A stretch of 55,021 nucleotides of DNA, counting the filler, from Sphacelaria rigidula (lineage: Eukaryota): assembly GCA_964200075.2 (NCBI GenBank). It is 6 parts of 6 records of this genome, joined end to end, with 100 filler letters (N's around TTAATTAATTAA, not from the genome) between each part and the next. Parts side by side here need not be neighbours in the genome. Positions count along the whole stretch, not along the records: positions 45,936 to 55,021 come from CAXNAA020009340.1; 5 more parts are not named here. One strand, written 5' to 3'. The notes under the pieces are model-generated. The model had not been told where the DNA came from. It saw nothing but the letters and a program-made list of their open reading frames with translations, and did not search any database. This document shows positions 48,801 through 55,021 of the stretch, piece after piece (position 1 is the stretch's first letter; each line of letters begins with the position of its first letter). The translations under genes were made by a program, and so were the position numbers.

Positions 48801-50454
48801 ACACATCCACAAACCCCGACAGCCGCCATCCTCACGGTTCGCTGCCGCCCCCAACATCACAACGCGTCGGCGCCGACATGTGGAGACAACGAATTCACTA
48901 CGACCACCGAAGGGTGTATTATTCGTCGTGACAGGCGGGTGGGGACCGTCACCCCAACTTCTGGCGGGGCAGACTATCCTGGATCCAAATGGAGTTTTAA
49001 CTTTCCGCCTCCCCCCCTCCGTCCATTCATCACGCAGTTGTCGCATTCTTCACACCAACCGTAGACGCCTGGCAAATCCACACGACCCCCTATCCCACAG
49101 CCAGGCGAAAGCCTCGCGTACCGCCGACGGAATCTCTCCATGCCCGACCCACACGACGGGGCATGCCGCGGTGAAACAGTCCCCCCGAGGTATCTGCAGC
49201 CTCCGTCCATGTGCTCCGAGCGATTTCCTTAGCCTGAAGACCGCCTGCACAGGGAGTCAAGGGTTAGAGGTGACGGGCGCGGCATGGACACGGTGATCGC
49301 AATGAAATATTAAAGACAGAGAGGGAGGAAACAGCGCAAGTATCGTGTGCATCGCCGAAGGTGTGGCACGGATGCAGTGTGCATGACAGCGGCGCACGCA
49401 CAACGTGCGCCGGCCACGACATTCTGTCGCCGGAATGGCGGGCATGAACAGAATTTGGTGTGGGAGATGGGCGCTGAAGTACGGAGGCAAGAGATACTGT
49501 TCATGCCATACCATAGAAACGGCGAAGACGAGATAATATGTGCTTGCGAACCCGCGGTTCGACAAAACACTACTCGTATCGTATCACAAAACTGCTGCCG
49601 CGCCCTGCTGGTGTCATGGGACTTGCGTCACCAATGGGATGGACGAAATGTGGATTCCATCCCCCAAGGTTTATCTTCTTTACTTTTTGCATGCGAGCTC
49701 CCAGCTTCATTCCGATATCAGTTGTTTCGACAAAAACATGGCCCGATGGCGCAGCTCTAGTAAAAGATACGAGTACTTTCGCATGCGATGGCCGTACTGT
49801 ACACGGATATGAGGAGCTCTCACTAGAGCTTTCGACAGAAAACACATGTGGAAAACGCCGCAATCACCAAACCGATGAAATCATTCTATTTCGTAATTTC
49901 CGCACCGCGCTCGAGCTTAGGGTCGACGCACGTGGTGGCCGTCTCGACATCGAGAATACGCTTTGACGGAGGCGTCTATGGCAGTTTGCGCGCCGCCTTC
50001 ATAACGCGCTGAGTGAGTGTCTTGCAGCAATCTTCCATCGAAAAAATGGAGCGATGGCAATTAATTTTAGCGAAATTCGCTCAGTTTCTCTCGAGGTGGG
50101 TCGAAGCGAATTTTCAAGCTTTCTATCGGAAAAGGATGGTGAAATTCGTGCAGCGGTACATGGTCGTTTGTGAACAATACAGGCAGTCCGTACTGCCTGC
50201 ACTGTTTGAATGCAGTGTATGTGGAGTTCGTGTCTACGTACTTCAGGCAGCAGGATGTGAAAGAAGCTCGGGCAACATGCAGAACTTCCACGGCAGCACC
50301 ATCTGTCATCTCTGCCCACAATGCGACGTAAAGAGGACTCGGACAACGCGCAGCTTTGTACATGCATTGTGTCCGTGACCGCGTCCGCGAGAGGGTTGGC
50401 CACCTTACCACGCTGATCTAATCCTGGTCCCTACGATGAAAGAATATGATTAAG

Positions 50455-51700
50455 TTTTCACACGTCGGACGAGCACGAGTATGAATCGTGTCTCGCATTC
50501 GTTGGGCTACTCGTGTTAAAAAAAAGTAATAGGGTGAATACTCGAGTCATTGCTTGTGGTGAAAACAATAAACAAGGCGAGTGCTCGAGTCATTGTTGTT
50601 GTAGGAAAAAATAATAGGGCGAGTACTCGAGTCATTGCTCGTGGTGAAAGAAAAATCACACGTCAGACTAGTCATTACTCGGCGAAACGAGTGCACTAGT
50701 GGATTTTCTTCAAACACAACGAGCATGCCTCATGTGCCCGAGTCATGATTTTTTTACAACGAGCAACGACTCGTGTGCTCGAGTCATTCAGTTTTTTCAC
50801 AACGAGCAATGACTCGTGCTCAAGTAATTAATTTTCGTCACAAGGAGAAATGACTCGTGTGCTCGAGTCATTAATGTTTGCCACACTGAGCAATAACTCG
50901 TGTGCTCAAGTCATTATCTTGTTTGGGACGTGCTCGAGTCACTATGTTTTTTGCAGCGAGCAATGACTTGTGTGCTGTCATCTTCCCACAGCGAGCAATG
51001 ACTCGTGTGCTCGAGTCATTCATTTTCCCACAGCGAGCAATGACTCAAGTGCTCGCCCTAAAAAGAATGTAAGTGTACTACTCGAGAGATACTCTCCGCT
51101 GCTTTAGTAGAACTCTGATCTGTACGTGTGTGGGGGGGTGCTTGGATGAATGAAAACGAACTTTGGGGCTGGACGCCTACACATGTGCAGACATATGGAT
51201 ATGAATTGAAGATTCTAGGTTCGAGATCGTCGAAGAGCACATTATAATTATTTGCTCGTCGGATTGCTGACTACTCCACTCAAGCCGTTCATCATGAACA
51301 ATGACTCGAGTGCTCGCCCTATTATTTTTTCCACAACGAGCAACGACTCGAGTGTTCGCCCCATTAATTTGTACCGCCAAGGAGCAGCCCAACGAGCGCG
51401 AGTGCCACGAGTCATACTCGTGCTCGTCCGGCGTGTGAAAAAAACATAGGGCGAGTACTCGAGTCATTGCCTGTGGTGGACAAAAAATCATAGGGCGAGC
51501 GCTCGAGTCATTGCTCGCGGCAGAGAAAATGTATAGGTCTAGCTCTCGAGTCGTTGTTTGTCGTGGAAAAATCATGACCACGAGTCATCAGTCTTTGTGA
51601 AGACAAATACATAACTCGAGCACACGAGTCGTGCTCGTGGTGTTTTCAAGAAGCACTAGCGAGTGCACTCGTTTCGACGAGTAATGACTCGTCTGACGTG
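50455..51700. mobile_element. Foldback-like family B: TIR element(s) filled with ~43-bp palindromic tandem subrepeats
   Basis: TTTTCACACGTCGGACGAGCACGAGTATGA (50455) is inverted relative to TCATACTCGTGCTCGTCCGGCGTGTGAAAA (~51412-51441). There are multiple copies of ACAACGAGCAATGACTCGTGTGCTCGAGTCATT in both orientations, and further units continue to ~51700. Confidence 0.8.
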
Positions 51701-52624
51701 TGCAAGTTTTCGCCGACAAACTGTACACACAGCATACGCAACTACTGCAGCGCATCCATCCTTGTGCTCAATTCCTGCTTCATGCTGCAGGATTGCGACC
51801 GTAGCTAGCGATAAATGGTGTGCACTAGTTTGCATGATCATGCGAACGGATGGTATGTGGCGTGGTGGTCTGTAAGTTAGGGACCAAGCGCCTCTTTGCG
51901 CTTTTCGCCCGCATTTTTGTCAGAAAAAGGCGAGCTTGATTGTTTCTCACCTCTTCTCCGCTCACCACCAAGGCCGTGTCTTAGTATGTCATTTTTCGAT
52001 TGAAAACGTGCGGTGGAAAGCAGAAACTACGATGAAATAGATCGTAATTTGAACCAGCTTTAAAATGAACTACGATAGCTGAAAAGCAGGGACGCTGTTG
52101 GAAGGACGAGCCTACGTCTGTGACCACGGGTTTGAGAAATCGGACTAATGTGCGGACTCAAGAATGTGATGGAGAAAAAGCTGACATCACGGCCTATAAA
52201 ATCGGAGTCTTCCTTTTCCACCGTACATTTTCCTTACAAAAATGATATGCGAAGGCACGCCGTCATTATAAAACAATCGTTGATGTCTACTAGGAGCAGA
52301 ATGCGGTGGACATATGCGGTGGCAATTGTTTTTTTCCGCCGCATTGTTTTGAGCGACAACAATGTATACGAAGATATGTCATCTATGGGAGGGAGTTGAC
52401 GTCGAAATATGATGTTTCACTGCTGGTACACACCATCCGCCTTTGCTTCTTTTGGCGCCAACCCGCGACGGGCAGGAACCGCTAAACCAAACCCGATTGT
52501 TCCCTCTGTACCTCTCCACACTTGTTCCCCAGTTGAGACGACCGCCTGTTCCGTGGCAACGGAAAAGGTGAACACCGGTCGCTTAGCGGTGTTCACTGAT
52601 CGCGACAGGAACAGGTACCAAAGG

Positions 52625-52790
52625 AACAGGTACGGTATATAGGTACTGATATCTTGAAATACCGGGGATATCGCGGGTATACTTGTAGTAGGTACGACAC
52701 TTGAAAATACCCGATTGGGTCGGTATCGGTAGGGTATGAGATGTCCGAAATACCGGTACGGGGTACCTGTCTTACCCTCTATACCGATTT
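52625..52790. repeat. Partial copy (right end) of family C
   Basis: AAATACCCGATTGGGTCGGTATCGGTAGGGTATGAGATGTCCGAAATACCGGTACGGGGTAC matches 54525-54590. Confidence 0.75.
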
Positions 52791-53651
52791 CCAAACCGTC
52801 ACCCGGCAGTGCGGAGAAGCGTTTGAGACCCCTGTGCGAGTTCGGAAGTCAAATTACACATGTGCCCAAGGTGGGCAGCGCCATCCCCACACGCACAATA
52901 CGCACAACGCTAACCTGCAGACCTCAAAGCACGGAAGACCCCATCATGACCACCAGCTGAATTGTTGCAATCAGCTGACAGGGTGAGGTACCCAATCCAT
53001 GGCTCGATAATGAGTACCGCGTGGTGAATTCCGTGGTTATTGACGTGGGTGCAGAGACGAGAGCACTCTGAGCATAGAGCAGTATGAAGTGCAAATTTGA
53101 AATTCAATGGTCAGATTTTCATTTCGAGGGGGTAGCGCTGTAATTTGTGGCACTAAGGAATTGCAGTAGTACGCAAGACCAGGGTTTGCCTCTCCATATG
53201 GTTGTACTTTTTCATGTAGAGCACCCGGCAATGGCGCAGTCATAACGGTATATGCATGGAAATATGTATGTGCGGTTATTTATTTGTTTTTTTGGCACCT
53301 TGTTATCTATTTTGTATGCCTCTTGCGACCCCTCACGTTTCTTTCATGCTTTTCCTCCTTCTCGTTTCTTTCTCTCTGCTTGTTTGCACGTGGAATGTCA
53401 TCGAGTATGATGATCATCTTCGACAGGAATGATGAAACAATGTACAGCACCGTAACGATGAAAAATTATTTGTATCCATTTACCCAGATAATCAGACTAC
53501 ATAACAATAGCTTTATTCGAATTGATCCAAACAGAAAAACCAGAGGCAATCAGGGTATATTACTTGGGAAAACAAGATGTACCCGATCTGACAACTTCTG
53601 GCCTTTGCGTAATTTGGGACCAGCTGCTGCACCGTGGGGATCGCATCGCGT

Positions 53652-54607
53652 CTAGTGTTTACTGGGTATATACCCGGTATTTCCCGGGGTATCCCATACC
53701 GTGTTTTGCGTGGGTATAGTAGATATGAGTTTTGAGAATATCCGCTTGAGCGGGTACGGTAGGTATTAAAATCTCGAAGTACCGTGGTATCGTAGGCATC
53801 GTAAATATGAGTTTCGAAAATACCTGGTTGAGCGGGCAGGGTAGTGTTGAATTATCGCAATACCGTAGTATCATAGGTATCGTAGGTGTGTCATTTGAAA
53901 ATACCCCACTGGGCGGGTACAGTTTGATTGATTGATTGATTGTCGCACTTTAACTGACCCCCCAGGGGTCCAGCCGTGGTCTCATGATGGACGTACGTAC
54001 CCAAGAAAAACGAAATTCAAACACGATCTAAGGAAAAGAAAAAAAAGGAACAGAGGAAAAAAAAGGGGGGGGGACGAACAGAACGACATAGCAGACCAAG
54101 TCGTGACAAAAAAAAGTAATAAAAATTCAACAAAAGCAAAGCACAGAAAGAAATGGCCGAACTCAAGCAAGAAAAAGGAAAACAAGAGGAAAGTACAAAG
54201 CAAATGAAAAATGCAATGAAACGATGGGGGGAAAAAAAAAGAAAAAAGAAAAAAAAAAAGGCCTAAGGGATTCATGGCAGCAGAGTAGACGCAGACACAC
54301 ACACCTAGGTGATGAAATCTCGAAATACGGTGGTATCGTAGGTATCGTTGGTACGATTTACGAAAATACCCGATCGGGCAGGTACGATAGGTGATGAAAC
54401 CTCGAAATACCGTGGTATCGTGGGTATCGTACGTATGCCGCAAAAAAAACAATCGAGCGGGTACGGTAGGTCTTGAAACCTCGGAATACCGTGGTATCTT
54501 GGGTGTCGTTGACATGATATTTGTAAATACACGATTGGACCCGTATCGGTAGGGTGTGAGATGTTCCAAATACCGGTACCGGGTACTGGTATTTACCAAT
54601 AACCTAG
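53652..54607. mobile_element. Family C element made of ~81-bp tandem units, interrupted by a nested insertion at ~53921-54305
   Basis: The unit GAGCGGGTACGGTAGGTATTAAAATCTCGAAGTACCGTGGTATCGTAGG... recurs at ~53748, 53830, 53911, (insertion), 54376, 54455. The termini are loosely inverted. Confidence 0.72.
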
Positions 54608-55021
54608 GGTGCCTGTGCAGTCTGTAGTGCCATCACATACATTAAAACCGGAGCACCGATAGCTGCCCGTAACTAGAGCGTGATTGTAGGCACTGCACTT
54701 GCGTGCAGTGTGTTGCGTGCTAATTTTCAATAGCAGCAGGTCGTCGACGTCGCACATCGCACACTCGCAAGTACCTGTAAAATAGGCCGCATGGCACACC
54801 TCCCTACCTGGGAGGCTTCAAAGGTAGCGGCCTCTGTACTGTACAGTACAGTAGTATATTTACACTGTACAGACAGTACATTATATTTACAGATAGTATG
54901 AAAAAAACCTAACATTATCCCTTACTGTATATACTTCTTATTATCTGTATAAAGTCCTCCGTTCCCCGTCCTCCGACGAAGGCCATGACCGGTCTTGTCG
55001 GTACGGCGTGGGGAGGGTCTT

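Noticed and set aside
48475-49296. 273-aa ORF
   Set aside because: Non-ATG start, no domain and overlapping ORFs on both strands; likely chance or decayed repeat.
50755-51058. CRISPR array
   Set aside because: The linkers are short and similar to each other, the repeats are degenerate, there are no cas genes, the context is eukaryotic, and the array lies within TIRs.

Overview
This is eukaryotic, intron-rich and repeat-rich DNA, most likely from a brown alga or related stramenopile (inferred from long GT-AG introns, an axonemal dynein, a stramenopile-type EGF-repeat protein and TTAGGG-like repeats). It is not one locus. Six unrelated contigs of 9088, 9088, 9087, 9086, 9086 and 9086 bp are joined by artificial 100-bp linkers (44 N + TTAATTAATTAA + 44 N), so nothing should be inferred across the linkers. 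Five partial host genes were reconstructed by hand with consistent splice phases: (1) a CLN5-family (lysosomal BMP synthase / permuted NlpC-P60) gene, 4144-7384; (2) the last four exons of an axonemal dynein heavy chain; (3) four exons of a coiled-coil protein; (4) an EGF-repeat secreted protein; (5) complex I subunit NDUFA5. The rest is transposon debris: a decayed Ty3/Gypsy element with a MITE inside its RT, LINE fragments, a tRNA-derived SINE family, several palindromic foldback/MITE families and microsatellites. The most notable observation is the CLN5-like protein. It keeps the catalytic His and Glu but has Ser where the nucleophilic Cys should be. It also carries a ~120-aa mucin-like insertion, a C-terminal transmembrane anchor and a ~280-aa cytosolic tail, unlike soluble animal CLN5. 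All family assignments come from remembered motifs, not database searches.
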